Part shown: positions 48,846-61,385 of the stretch, piece after piece
Layout of the letters: each line of letters opens with the position of its first letter
How positions within the stretch are numbered: the first letter of the stretch is position 1
Source: Camelus ferus
Taxonomy: Eukaryota
Direction of reading: 5' to 3'
Assembly: GCF_009834535.1 (NCBI RefSeq)
Contig: NC_045696.1
Span: 97,218,001 to 97,282,000, forward strand
DNA length: 64,000 nucleotides
Made by a program: the position numbers and the translations under genes
The notes under the pieces: model-generated
Told to the model about the DNA's origin: nothing
Database searches by the model: none
What the model saw: only the letters and a program-made list of their open reading frames with translations

Positions 48846-49137
48846 TATACAGAAACCCCGCTTTGGTGAAAAATCTTTCCATAGCTGAAGCAATTCTGCC
48901 ACAAAAATAGAAGCTTTTGGGGTTTAAATCCACTATGCTGACCCTGTAAACCCAGATTTCTCTCCACTGGAGGCCTCTCATCTTTATAACTGAAGGTTCT
49001 CTACTCCCATCCTGCCCACAATTTCTCAGGTTTTTGACAGCAAATAATCCTTACTAGTGGTTTCCAAACACTTACCACTCAAATCACCACAGGTGCCCAA
49101 CGCTATTACCATCTGAATAGATAAAAATTTAATATGG

Positions 49138-49312
49138 TGGGGTGGACACCTGTTCAAGGGCTAAGGCACAGGTCAGCATGCATGAGGTCCTGGGTTCAAT
49201 CCCCACTACCTCCTCTAAAACAAAATAAATAAACCTAATTACCTCCCCACCCCAGAAAAAAGTAAATAAAATAAAAAGAGAGAAGTCCTTAAAAAAAAAA
49301 AAAAAACCCCAC
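49138..49312 (+). mobile_element. Camelid-type tRNA-derived SINE
   Basis: 'agcatgcatgaggtcctgggttcaatccccactacctcc...aaataaataaacctaattacctcccc' with B-box-like GGTTCAATCC, A-tail, TSD TAATATGG (49130-49137, 49313-49320). Confidence 0.88.
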
Positions 49313-50639
49313 TAATATGGCAGGGAAGGGAAGTCACGTCCAAAAGTGGTAGAAACAACCAAAGCAGTCCTGTATGGAGTCTGTTTCAAGGAAACAGAAA
49401 GGGAGGTGATCATTACATCCAGCCCAGACATGACTGTGAGCTTTACCAGAAATACTTAGCTGTGCGCATCGGTTGGTCCTCCCAGAAGGCTGTATAATGC
49501 TGTATTTGATGTTGAGTTGCCAGCCTCTTGTGTTGTGATCTCCATTGTGGAGGTTACTGCCTTTATGAGAGCTCCCGGTTGAGGAAGGGTGGAGGGTGCC
49601 TATTGCCTATAAGGTGGAGAGAGTGCTCCCACGTCCTGTCTGGACCAGATGGCTATTGTGCTTGTCCTGAGGCTGACACTATCCCTGCCCCCCTACTCTC
49701 CGTTAGGAGCAATGGCAATCTCCCTGTGACAGATTGTAGAAGTACCTTCCTGAGTGTGTGTGATTTTTTTTTTTTTTGACTGGAGTGTGGAGTGTTAATC
49801 CTCAGAGTCATCATGAATGGGTCAGTTCTCCATTAGTCCAGCCTTGTTGGGTCGGTTGCTAGGGCTCAGGGGCCTCTGTACCCCACAGGCGGGGGAAGAG
49901 GTCTGATCAGGACCAGGTCACAGTACAGTCCCTTGGCTTCAGGAAACCCCGCTGTCCAAGTGTCTCAGCACCACGGTGCACACCTGCCAAGGGGCATTGC
50001 TGGGTGACTGCATGGAATGGGGAGAGCAGCTTTCTGAGCAGCTGGGTGCAGGGCCCTCTGCACGATGCACACCACTCGCACCACCATCCCATCCCTGATA
50101 ACTACCTCTGACGGCCTTCCTTTTCTGGAATGCATTGGCATTTCAGAAACTGTGTTCATGGAGGCTCAGCTAAAAACCAAACAAAGCAAAACAAAAAACT
50201 GCAGGCAGCTTATCAGCCAATGAGACAGTGGACCCTCTCAGTCTCGGGTGGCACCCAGAGGCCCTGGGCAAGTCGGACTCTTTATCTATGCACTCTGCAT
50301 TGGGTCAGACAGTCCCCCGAAGGTGGGCTCCACAGTCCATGTGGTTTGGAGTGGGTTCCACCATTTGCCTAGGATTCTGAGGAGTTGCTGCACGGAGAAA
50401 GGCTGCTGTGTGAGTCCCCGCCATCTACTTTGCACAGTAAGTCCGTCATCAGGCACTCCTGGTGAAGGTGCTCTTGATGTTAAGTCTGGGGGATATTTAA
50501 CTCAGTGGGTTGCTGGGACCTCAGTTGCCTCCTTCTTTTGCTGGGGTGGCCACACGGAGTGGCTAAAACCAAAGGAGTAAGGCTGGGAAGGGCTAAGAGA
50601 TTGCAATTTACATTTTCTCCTTTTCCTTGGCAGCTCATG

Positions 50640-50900
50640 ACACAGAGTTGAGGACCCAAGAAGCAGGACCACAACTTTATCTTCATGGGCCTCTTCCTCC
50701 ATAAAAAATATTTAAAATTCTATTTTGCTGTTAGATTGCTATAAAGGACAAACAGTTAATATTACATACGAAAACATTTTCTTCAGCCTAAAAGTTAATG
50801 TTTACTTCTGATTTTAAAAGAAATTAAAACATTTTAACGGACCCTTAAAAATACTGTGGATGCTGGCTACTGTGCCCATCGGGCCTAACAGATGTCAGAG
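50640..50900 (-). mobile_element. hAT-Tip100 element (MER91-like)
   Basis: Reverse complement of the 8418-8645 family: 'tgggcctcttcctccataaaaaatatt...ttctgattttaaaagaaattaaaacattt'. Confidence 0.7.
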
Positions 50901-51730
50901 TGTTAAGAGGCGCCATTCAGTGCTGGTAGATGGAGAGGTAGGTTAAGGTCAAGAAAGTGATATTCAGGATGGAGATTTGCAGAAGATCCTTCACTGTTTC
51001 CTTCCCTCTGTCCACCCTGCCCCGAGCTTCGTGCTCTCAGCTGTGATGATTTCAAATTCTCCAATTCACTCTGAAGGGTGGGAGAGGCGTGCATGCGGAA
51101 GGAAGAAGCATCATTTCCCACACACAAGGCCCCACAACACTGTAGTAACAGACGATTACAGTTTCCAATTTTAAAGGAAAATTTATTCAAGCATACTAAC
51201 AGAAATATCAAGAATAAATTTTGTCCTTCCCGGCAATCCTCCCTGCAGATGTCCTAGCATTAGTCATGAGTCACCATTTTAAAAGATGTTTACAAAGCTA
51301 CCTTCAGAATCTTGGGCTTTATTATCACAATATTTTTCAGCTGTTGATTAACTGAGTCCCAGTCTTACGATCCACTGAGTCACAAATATAAAGACATAAG
51401 ATTGGCAATGGTTCCTAGAGCATTTTACGTTTGTCATTTTTAGAACTTACCACCAAGAGACAATTACAATTTTCTTAGCCAGTGTGGTTCTAATTCCCTT
51501 TTTCCTACCTTATCCTACGGGTCTACAGATGGCCAGAATCTCAGATGGAATCCTGAGAATTTCCTATTCTCTTCAAAAGATATTTTTAGTTCACTTTCCC
51601 CAACACAGAGATGCCAGGCAGCACATTTAGCAAAAGACAGTGTGCATCCTTGAATAGAATGGAGCATTACAAAACTAGAGATTGGGAAGTGCTCTTAATA
51701 TTGTCAGAACCAAGTGAATTGAATTATTAT

Positions 51731-52230
51731 TGTTGGGGAGGAAAAGCAATTTTCCTTCTACCCTTCTAAGTTATTGGCCGAGACCTCACCACCCTCACCC
51801 TCCCATAATGAAAAGGCAGATTAACAGGAGAAAAACAAATTTAATTATGTACCTACAGGAGCACCACAAGGATATAAGACCCAAAGCCACCCATGCCATT
51901 GAGGCTTATATACCATCCTGAGCTAAGGAATGGAATTGGAGCCTTGGGCTTCAAAGGGGAGGAGGGCAGTTCACAGGAGGAGGATGAGAAGAGCAGATGT
52001 TTGGTAAATAAAATTTGCCCAGCCCTGCAGACGTGTTTCTTAGATGATAAGGTTCTCTCTCAGAATAGCTGTCTTCCTGGTCCAGGCTCCCTTTTGAATT
52101 TCCTTTAGGCAGTTAAGGGGAGGTCAGAAGCTCTTCCTGAGTCTGCTGGGTCTTGATTGTCTTCAGCTTAAAATAATCCACATGCCAAAGGAGCACCTTC
52201 TGGGGTGACTTATTCTGCACTCTCTGCTTA
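51731..52230 (-). mobile_element. ERV1 solo LTR (MER34/MER39-like)
   Basis: 'aaaaggcagattaacaggagaaaaacaaatttaatt...ttcagcttaaaataatccacatgccaaag...ggggtgacttattctg'. Confidence 0.8.
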
Positions 52231-52237
52231 TCTTAGC

Positions 52238-52576
52238 GCAGCAGTAGACAAACCACAACCTGTGGACCAAATCAGCCCACAACCTGTTTTCGTAAAGCCC
52301 AGGAGATAAGCATGGTTTTCACATGTTTAAATGGTTGAACAAAAGACAGAAGAATAATAATATTTAATGACATGTGAAAATTATGTGAAATTCACATTCC
52401 AGTGTCCATCAATAAAGTTGAATTGGAATGCAAGAATGTCAGTTCATTTACAGATTGTCTATGGCTGCTTTCATGCTAAAGGACAGAATTGAATATTTCA
52501 GACAGAGACCACATGTGCCACAAAGCCTAAAATGTTTACTATCTGGATCTTTGCAGAAAATGCTTGTATATCTCTG
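52238..52576 (+). mobile_element. MER58B-like hAT-Charlie element
   Basis: 'tggttttcacatgtttaaatggttg...gacatgtgaaaattatgtgaaattc...aaagcctaaaatgtttactatctgg'. Confidence 0.88.
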
Positions 52577-52664
52577 TACTGGAACATAAGGATTCCTACA
52601 TAGGCTCAGAGCAACCACATTACCTCCAGTGATCACATTGCAAGTCTTAGCTGGGACTCATATT

Positions 52665-52900
52665 ACTAGTTAACCTCTATTGACCTATTACTATGTGCTG
52701 GGCCCCATGCTAGGTGTTTTTAATCCATTATCTCATTTAATCCTCACAACAACCCAGTGACGTAGACAATGTCATGACCTCTGTTTAGTAGATAAGAAAT
52801 ATGAAACTCAGGGAGACTAACATCTAAAGTCACTCTTAGCAAATCCCCTAACTGGGATCCAAACCCGAGACCATCTAGCACCAAAGTTCATACCCTTTCA
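52665..52900 (-). mobile_element. MIR
   Basis: 'cattatctcatttaatcctcacaacaacccagtga'. Confidence 0.85.
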
Positions 52901-52911
52901 TCTGGTGTCAT

Positions 52912-53446
52912 TGTCACACCCAAACCTTTCCTGGTTTATGGATGTTTGCTACTCGTACTCCATCTTGGTGGGGGACACAGGGTCCAGTGTCAAGGGCAGT
53001 AAAAGAATTTACCAAAGACAAAGGAAAGTTTATGAAACAAAGGAAAAGTTTAATAGATTCGCTTCTGCAGGCAACAGTGGGCCACACAGATGAGAGGTGC
53101 CTGTGTGTGCGCTGGGGCGAACGTGTAGGGTTTTTTCTTAGGAAGGGGTTGTGCACACAGGGGATAGGGGAACATATTTTCGCTTGGCTATCAGTGAGGT
53201 AAGGGGCTTTGGTATATGGGAGGGTGGTGGGATTTATGACTCTGATAAGGAGGAAGCGTGGGCTGAGACAAGTCAGCCTGAGCTTTTGTGAGGTTAACCA
53301 TTTCCCAGGGCTGTTAATTCTGCTAAGGCAAACACACGTCAGGAAAAGGGTGTACTTTTTTTTTTTTCGAGGGGTCACAGGCAGACATCCGAGAGCCCAG
53401 GAATGGGGGTCACCAGGCCTCAGCAGGCACTGGCTGGCACCGCACA
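52912..53446 (-). mobile_element. Probable ERV solo LTR, family unassigned
   Basis: Minus strand starts TG(TG)CGG and ends TGACA; ATTAAA ('tttaat') near its 3' end; retains several CpGs; no clear TSD. Confidence 0.6.
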
Positions 53447-55119
53447 TCTCTGAGTGAAGCCTTGCATAAAACTTCCTCACTGCTCAGTGCACAGAAAGGC
53501 CTTCTTTCATTTGTCCTAATTTGCACCCTTTGTAACTTCACAAGGGGGCTCTGGGTCTGGTAAACGTGCTCTTGGTGAGTCTGTGTTGATCCAGCCACAG
53601 CCTCTCCCGTTGTATGTTTTTGAGTCCCATCTTCCTCTAAACCTTTTTTGTCGGGTTTGGGGAGTATTTAATTTCTGCATATGGAATTCTCCTCTATCCG
53701 TCTACAAGCCTGCTCCAGTTTTGTTTTGTTTTGTTTCTCCAAATGCAACAACCAGAACAACATGTGACATTCCCAGTTTTGATACCCCTGGCAGGATAGT
53801 GCTAGTTTTCATTTCCCATGACTTTCTCAATGATTCTTAGCATCCTATTGTTGTTTTGTTTCATCTTCTTGGGGCCACCGAAGCAAAACAGGGCAAGTTT
53901 TCAGCTTACAGTGACCTCTCACCCACATTCCTGGACCATAACTTTGTTAGCCCTGCACTAAGGATCCTATTAGATTGTTCACATTAGTTTTCTCTGAATT
54001 GTTTGAATATCATTTTCCTGCATAGTTCACATTCTTTTAGTTCTCATTCTAAAGGGAAAGAAGGGCATAGCACAAGCTCTGTGTGTGTGTCTGCACCAGG
54101 GAGGGCTGCTCAGTGAGGCGGAAGGCCTACATTCCTTTACAAGAACTAGAGCTTCCAAACATCTTTCCAAGAATACCAGATATGATCTAATCTCTAAATT
54201 GGAAGTCAGCAGACTGTTCCCATGACTCATGACTCTAGACACATCTTTCAACAATCAGGCCTTCACTTCATGGGGTGGGGGGAGCATCTATACCTGAGCA
54301 ATGAGGATAAAGGAGATCTTTTTTAAAGGCTCCCATTTATTCCAAAGAAGAAAAACAATATTTTGATGTAGATATATTTTAATCCTGTCTTACTCAATAT
54401 GTTTTCCAAAACATGTATTTTTGCCAGGTTTACAGGTAAATTATAAGCATATAATGCTTATAAATGTAAGCATTATTTCAAATGCCTCTGCAAAATTGCC
54501 AATTGGCAATGGGGGGCTTGCCCCCGACATAGCTCCTGGTAGTAGATTTCCAGGTCCTCTGTGGTGATCAGTTTCACAGACTGTGTGACTTGAGATCACT
54601 CATTCATCAAGCTGGATGAGACAGTGTATCATTCCTGCCTGGCGATTTATCTCAAGCAGGAAAGTTTCTTTCTCGACACTCCTGCAACTTTTTCAAAGTT
54701 TGCTTAAATATTTTCTTTATTACTTCTCTATGAAACTCATGCTTATTCTGTCTAATCAGCTAGTGCCTTATGTACTAACTCCTCTCAGTTCCTTTTTGGA
54801 AGACCTAACAAAAATTCCATCCCCCTTCACTGTTCAACACATTTATCCTACAGTTGTTTCTGTTTTCTCAGTTCTTTCTTTCCTTTTTTTTTTCTTTTGA
54901 GAAAACTAAGGTCAGAAATACATAGAATTGAAGGCAAGAAAATGCTTTTGTGATAAGCTTCCCTGAGTATCTGGTATCTCTTACCTGTGCTGGGCACACA
55001 TCCCAGGTGAACATCACCACTGTCCTAAGTTCTCCAGGTTCCCAACACCTCAAGGCAACTAATAAAGAAGGGTGGCCCCCTTTAGCCCCCATGAAATAAA
55101 TATAAATTGAAAAAATTAA

Positions 55120-56016
55120 TAGCACATCACCTCAGGGTTTATTTTTATAACTATTAAAATAAATATATATAATACACGCATGTCTGAAGATAAACAAAAT
55201 ACAAACAGAACACATTTTAATTGCTTATCAAGAACCCTAAAGAGTAGACTCTTGTCTTACCCAGAACAAAGATTCTAAAATCAATATGTAATTAAAAAAA
55301 AAACCACATAAAATCTAATATAGTCTTGAAAACAAAGTTTGTATCTTATAAAATACACAGTATACATAGCTTTGCATCTACACTCTTTGCAATGTGTGAA
55401 GGGCTGTAGAGAATATCATACAGAATACATATGCCAAAAACAGTATTTTAACTCCATGAGAAGGAGATAGTTGAATTGGACTCAAAAATGCACATATATT
55501 ATCACTCCACTCTCTCTCCTCTGAGTAAAATTAATAATGATAATGATAATCATAATGCTAAAAATCTGCATATGGCCACTGGTAGACATCAAAGTCACTG
55601 AGATCATCACAGCCCTGCTCAGATCTTCTGCTGCATAGACTCAACCTTAACCAAGGAAAAAATGCTGCCAGCTAAGTTCACTGGTATAGTTTAAGCATAT
55701 TTCAAATGTCTCAAGATAATAGCCAACTCAAACACTTGGTACCTTAGTCCATTTATTTTCTTGTTTTCCATATATTTTTCTGAGATTGGCCAGCCCTTTT
55801 AGTCATGTCCATGTCTCATCAATGATGGGACTTGAGCACAGATCCTGAGAAGTCGCTTCCTTGGGCATTTCTTCCTGTAGCCTCCCCTTCCCAGCGCGCA
55901 CTCCTGTTGGCAGGGATAGAATCCTGACCTGCTTCTCTCTCACTGCCTTCAGGTTTAACTCTGCCAGCTCAGCTGGCCCTGTGCTTTGTGAGTGGGGATT
56001 CCTCATCCCACCACAC
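55120..56016 (-). other. Candidate 3'-terminal exon of an unidentified minus-strand gene
   Basis: Acceptor 'actaatctcttgtag|GTGTGG' at 56016; open frame to TGA at 55803; AT-rich UTR-like tract; AATAAA at 55138-55143 with upstream UGUA and downstream U-rich element. Confidence 0.35.
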
Positions 56017-56104
56017 CTACAAGAGATTAGTTAATGTGGGGATTATTAACTCATTTTCTTTACTCTTTATTAGATCAGCCAGAAAGAGCAAAACTAGCAT
56101 TAGG

Positions 56105-56138
<34 letters not shown>

Positions 56139-56200
56139 CATCTATCTATATTTATCCGTATCTATATCTATATACCTATATATAGGAATATATATATATA
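56105..56200. repeat. (TCTA)n/(TA)n compound microsatellite
   Basis: Directly visible. Confidence 0.9.
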
Positions 56201-57069
56201 TTCCTAATTCACACATAAAAGTTACTGGATTCGATTATCTGGGAGACATAATTAAAATCTGGATTGCTGAGGACCATCTTGCCATCTCTCAGGTGGTCAG
56301 GATTCCACAAACAGGGGCTTGCCTTATCTGCCTATTTAGAACTGATACAATTTCATCAATAAAATGGCACACATTTACAATCAGTTTACAAACTCGGTGC
56401 AGATATTGTGTCGCAGAACCAGCCAATAACCTCAGAGGAGACTCCAAAGCATTTCTTGACAGTCAAAGTCCAGGGACAGTGGATCAAGGTGATGGCAAGA
56501 TCAGATTCAACCTAAAGCCCACAAGCTGACTGGGAGCCCGAAGTGAAAAGCGGGCTGCCATTCCCAGGCTCAAAACGGGTCCTACAGGAGGTAGCCTGAA
56601 ACCCGATTAAAGGCTGGTGAAATAAGAACAACCAGCCACATTTGAAACTTGAGTCAGGGCAGAGAGGCCATCAGCCTGGCCAAACTGGAAAAGACAAATT
56701 AATACTTTTAGCCATGTCAAAATAACTGAGTAAGGTGAGTCTCTAATCTTGGAATTACCTAGATTGAATAAAACGGTCTAGAAGTGGATAAATAGTAGTA
56801 TACGGTTTTGAGCTTTCTGTGCAAGCAGAATGTGTAGTGAAATGACTGTGAGAGGTAAGAAAGGATGAAAGGTTATGAATCTAAAGGTTATGTCTTTTAG
56901 AGACCTTTCTGTCCCTTTTAAGAATCACAGACTATTAGCTGTCACCTAGAGACACCACCCTGGTTGGGGAGCTCCTAGCATATTGAGAACCCAAGGAACC
57001 AGAGACAGTCTTACATTAGGAGAGCCGTTGCTTTGCAGAGAGCTCTTGAAACACAGGAGTTCTGCAATC

Positions 57070-57830
57070 AATGTTGGTAGCTCCCTGTTTTATTAAAACA
57101 CAGTATACATTTGAACATTTATCAGTTTAAAAAATTCTCAACTACAAAATATCACAATAAAAAAGATAGAAGAGGGAAAACATGCAACTCTGTGTTTTGT
57201 CATGTAGTCATTCTTGTTTCTACAATCAACTGGATAAGAAATAAACTGAAATTTATCAAAGCTTCTTACACATTTCCAAAATTTCTATTTCTTATAAAAA
57301 TGTCTTTATATCCTCATTAACTGATTTCCTAGATCAACTTCATTGTTGACAGTACTATGGTATACACACTGGGAAATGCAATCATAAATATGTAATATTT
57401 GTACCTTAAAACCTTGTCTGAACCATAACATTTTCATATACTATGCTCATCAAAATACAGTATCACATGCCAAATTCTTCCCATTTTGGATAAAAAGACT
57501 GTCAAATTGCAACAAGCTTTTTTTCCTAGCTGAAATCTTATTTTTAAAATATTTAATACTTAACATATTTCACGCAATCTGTTGATTGTTCAGTAAGGCA
57601 CTTCAAGGGCAAACTTAATATGCAGAATTCAGTGTTGTATAATATAATCAAAATTAGTTGTTTTCTTTAAAAATACCTTAATCCAAGATTAACTTGCTAC
57701 TTTAATATCAAAAATTGACTCAGAGATATAATTTCTCTGATTTTTGTTTAGTAAAATCCTTTTCAATATTAATATTGCTAATACCTCTATCAGTGATTTA
57801 TTTGAATGATGTCTTAATACAATGCAGTTT
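57070..57830 (-). other. 3'-UTR-like AT-rich unique sequence ending in a candidate poly(A) site
   Basis: AATAAA at 57089-57094 (minus), UGUA just upstream, GU-rich 'ctgtgttt' downstream. Confidence 0.35.
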
Positions 57831-60097
57831 AGAGTCCTGGTCCTGATAATAGCAGAAAACTTCTATCAGACTAATCTTTCAGCATACAGCAATGGTAAAC
57901 TTTAGACAAAATACAAAAAAAATTACTATTATAAGGCACCAGAGAGCAGCCAAACTCTGGCAGACACTGAAGAGAAGAAGGAAAGATGAGATGTGCATTT
58001 TTATACAGTTTTCCCTGAAAGCAAACCCCAGCCAAAACTATAGGGAATGGCTAGAGTTCAAATAGAAAACTGCAATTTTGTTGGATTGGAATGTCAAAGA
58101 ATGGAGTTCAAAGCTGCTAAAATATCTGGAAATTAAGGGAGGAAATCTCAGAAAAGAGGGGAACAGAGAGGAGGAATCTTAAAGTCTGTATATAAACTTT
58201 CCTCAAATCCTTGGCTGAATTTTGAACTGTGCATGTATGGGAGAGACTTCAAGAAGCCCAGTGAAAAGCGACAGCTAGAAAGCCATGGAGCTACACAGTA
58301 TAGGAAGGTTGAATTTAAAGTTTGAGTCCTGCAAAATTAGAAGGGCTTGGTAAATATCTCAATATTCCTATTGAAATTCCAGAATAGCCACACTTTATGA
58401 AAAATGACTGTCTCAATACTGGGGGATTTACCCTAGGAATAAAGGCAAAACTAAAACAGAATTTTCCCCTCACAAAATGTGAAACTAAGTTTATATAAAT
58501 TCAAGATGATAAGTCAATAATTAAAATGGTGACTAGAACAAAAATCAATACTATTCAGAGGAAAATAACACAATCCAGAGTCTCTATAACATATTAATAA
58601 TAATGTCCAATATATAATTAAAAAAAATACTAGATAGGTTGTATCAGTCTGGGTATAATCAGGATAGAAACCACACAGTAGTTTCAACCAAAAAAAGTTT
58701 AATACAAAGAATTATTAAATTATGATAGAAGAGTCATAAAGATGGAAAGAGAATTCAAAAGGGTACTCTGGGGCTGAGGAAGAGTACTCCAGGAAGAAAA
58801 AACTTGGACAGGTTTTTCCTACCTAAGACTAGGGTTCAGACCTCGTTAGAGAAGGAGTTTCAGTACAACAGAGGGCAGAGAATTTTACTGGTTGCTAAAG
58901 CCAGAACTTGTCCATATCAGCATGGAGCAGGAAGCAAACTCCAGTACACAGGCAAGCTGATACTGGCAGGTGGGTACACATAGGGAGTCAGAGTGTTAGA
59001 AGCCTGCTTACTGGCAGAGGGGGTGTACCGAGTCCCTGTTTAGAGTATCTTAGGAAACAACTCTGAGGTGCAGGCAATCCAAGGCAGTCAGAGCACCATT
59101 GCTAGCACAAGGTCTCAAGCATGGTGCTGCGTGCATCAGGAAGACAACAGGAACCAATTCTCTGGGATGCAAGCAAGCTAAGACTAGTGGGCAGCTGCAC
59201 AAAGGGAATTGAAGCACCTTTCCCAGTACAAGGCCTGAAGTGTTCTATTGTCCACATCAGGAAGGCTGCAACATGTGGTCACCAGGCCTAGGATAGGACT
59301 GCCAGGTCACCAAAGGACTATGTGCTCTAGGCACACACTGGAGGTAGTGCACCACTGGATACTCCCCACCCCCCACCCCCTACACACATACTGTTGGACT
59401 CCGCAGCAGGAGCAAGTGAGAACAACGCAGCATATCAGAACCAGGAAGAGAAGTGCTCTTTATCTGGCAACGTACCTCTAGTCTCCTTCACTAATGAAGC
59501 TTAACCTCATATTAACTACATAGAAGAAATGCTTGAAGAGTCAATCCACTTTCACAGAGCAGGTACTAAGAGCGAATTTGGAATTAAGAGACCATAAATT
59601 GATAGGCATGCATGCAAAGGGACAGGAAAATGTGATCTAAAGCTAAGAGGAAAAACCAGCAATAGAAATCAACCCTAGGATTAAATGTTGGAATTAGCAG
59701 ATAAGAACTTTGCTGCAGGTATTATAAATGTGTTAGAGGTCTTAAAGGAAAAAAATCACAATGGTTGAATATGTGGGAAATACCAGCAAAGAAATGGACA
59801 CTATAAAGAACTAAATTGAAATTCTAGATATAGAAATTAAATGTCAGAAATGGAAAAATTATGTAACAGCATGTTGGAAGTAGGAGAAGAAAGGGTCAAT
59901 TAACTTAAAGACAGGCTAATAGAAATCATCAAATCTGAAGAATAGAGGGAAAAAAGTTGAAAACACTTAAAAAAATGACAGTGACCAATGGGAAATATCA
60001 AGATGTCTAATAAATGTGTAATGAGTCTCAGAAAAAAAGGAGATAGAAAATGGGGTAGAAAAAATACTTTTAAAGAAATAACAGTGAAAAACATCCT
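57830..60097 (+). mobile_element. Old L1 5' UTR and ORF1 remnant, split by an LTR
   Basis: ORF1-like A-rich region 'gcaaagggacaggaaaatgtga...atgttggaattagcagataagaacttt...aatagaaatcatcaaatctgaagaatagagg...aaagaaataacagtgaaaaac'. Confidence 0.8.
58640..59605 (-). mobile_element. Ancient LTR (~960 bp) nested in the L1
   Basis: Begins 'tgtatcagtctgggtataatcaggatagaaaccacaca...tttaatacaaagaattatt'; L1 sequence resumes after it; GATAGG occurs at both junctions. Confidence 0.6.
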
Positions 60098-60139
60098 GTT
60101 CCTTCTATGCATATTAATATATGAGACTCTTGGGTCTCT

Positions 60140-60217
60140 AAATTGATGAAACATTATGCTGCACAACAGGAACTGATGCAATATTGTAAACTGGCTATAT
60201 TTCAATTAAAAAAAAGT
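60140..60217 (+). mobile_element. Short L1 3' tail
   Basis: 'attatgctgcacaacaggaactgatgcaatattgtaaactggctatatttcaattaaaaaaaa'. Confidence 0.75.
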
Positions 60218-60399
60218 CATATTTAAAATTCAGACATGATCTAATATCTAAAACCACTTTTTAAGCATATATAGCTATGGCTTGAAATTCTAATTGTTTT
60301 TAATGAAGACAGAATTGATCAGTTAAATATACATATCAAATGATCTGAGATCATATTTATTCAGTGAGAATTAAATGTTCCATAGTGGCAGTTTTTGCT

Positions 60400-60880
60400 A
60401 AGTTAGAGAGGCAATGTGGAATAAGCAGAGACAATGGGTCATGGGGAGGCCAATAGACCTTGCTTTTGACCCTTGTCCCCTCCTCTTAGTGGCCGTGAGA
60501 CAAGTTCCTAAGTTTTGATTTTCTCACCTGTCTCCTCCATTGCTTAGGAGGATGACTGACTGAGAGCCAGACTGCCTAGGTTCTAATCAAATCACTTTCT
60601 TCTCACTAAGTGACTTTGGGCAAGTTGCCTAACATCACTAGGCCTCAGCTTTCTCATCTGTAAAATGTGTATGAGAATAGCTTTATACAGTTTATGATGA
60701 TTGACTGAATATTTGAAGAGCATGTAGAACAATGCTTGGCACATAGAAAGCATTACATAACTGCTAAACAAAATAAATACCTATTCATTGGGTTCTTATA
60801 ACAATTAATTAAGATGAATTAAATAAATCACTTATACCACTGTGTGACAAATAGCGTCAATCAGCAGTAGTTACCACCAC
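60400..60880 (+). mobile_element. Nested MIR copies
   Basis: 'gtgactttgggcaagttgcctaacatcactaggcctcagctttctcatctgtaaaatg' inside a more diverged MIR. Confidence 0.8.
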
Positions 60881-61249
60881 TATTACTGGAGGTGCTGCTG
60901 GTGACAGTTGTTAAACACTAGCAATTGTCTCACTAGTACACTTCCTCCCAGGCACTGGGGAGAAGCCTTGGTTTGCTAATTAATAATGAGTTGATGACCT
61001 TTACACATTGTTTATAGACTATATAATCAAGTATAAAAAGGGTGATAAGGGAAAATTTGTTTACAAAGAGACCCCCTAAGGAGTTAAAAAATAAAACTTG
61101 GGGAAGAGGGTAGATAATGTTAATAGACATAAAATTGTAATGGTGAAGACTGTTCAAAGCTGCTGAAAATGTTAGTGAAGAATTAAAGCTTTAGAAATTG
61201 TTACCTTTGGAGTGGGTATAATTAATGAAGGGGGAAATCAAGCTTTCAA

Positions 61250-61385
61250 AGACCTTGGTCTATAGACTGGCAGCAACAATATCCCCTGAGAGCTTGCTAG
61301 AAATGCAGAATCTTGGTCCCTTATCAGAATTGGAATTTATAAGATCCCTAGTTGATTCTTATGCAAATTAAAATTTGAGAAGTAT
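61250..61385. mobile_element. MER5A-like
   Basis: 'gagcttgctagaaatgcagaatctt...aagatccctagttgattcttatgca...aaaatttgagaa'. Confidence 0.8.

Noticed and set aside
49138..49312. tRNA gene
   Set aside because: A B-box is present, but the A-box is degraded and the element has an A-tail and TSD, so it is a SINE.
54560..54620. SECIS element or H/ACA snoRNA
   Set aside because: No correctly placed UGA/GA quartet with apical AA loop, and no ANANNA hinge with terminal ACA arrangement found.
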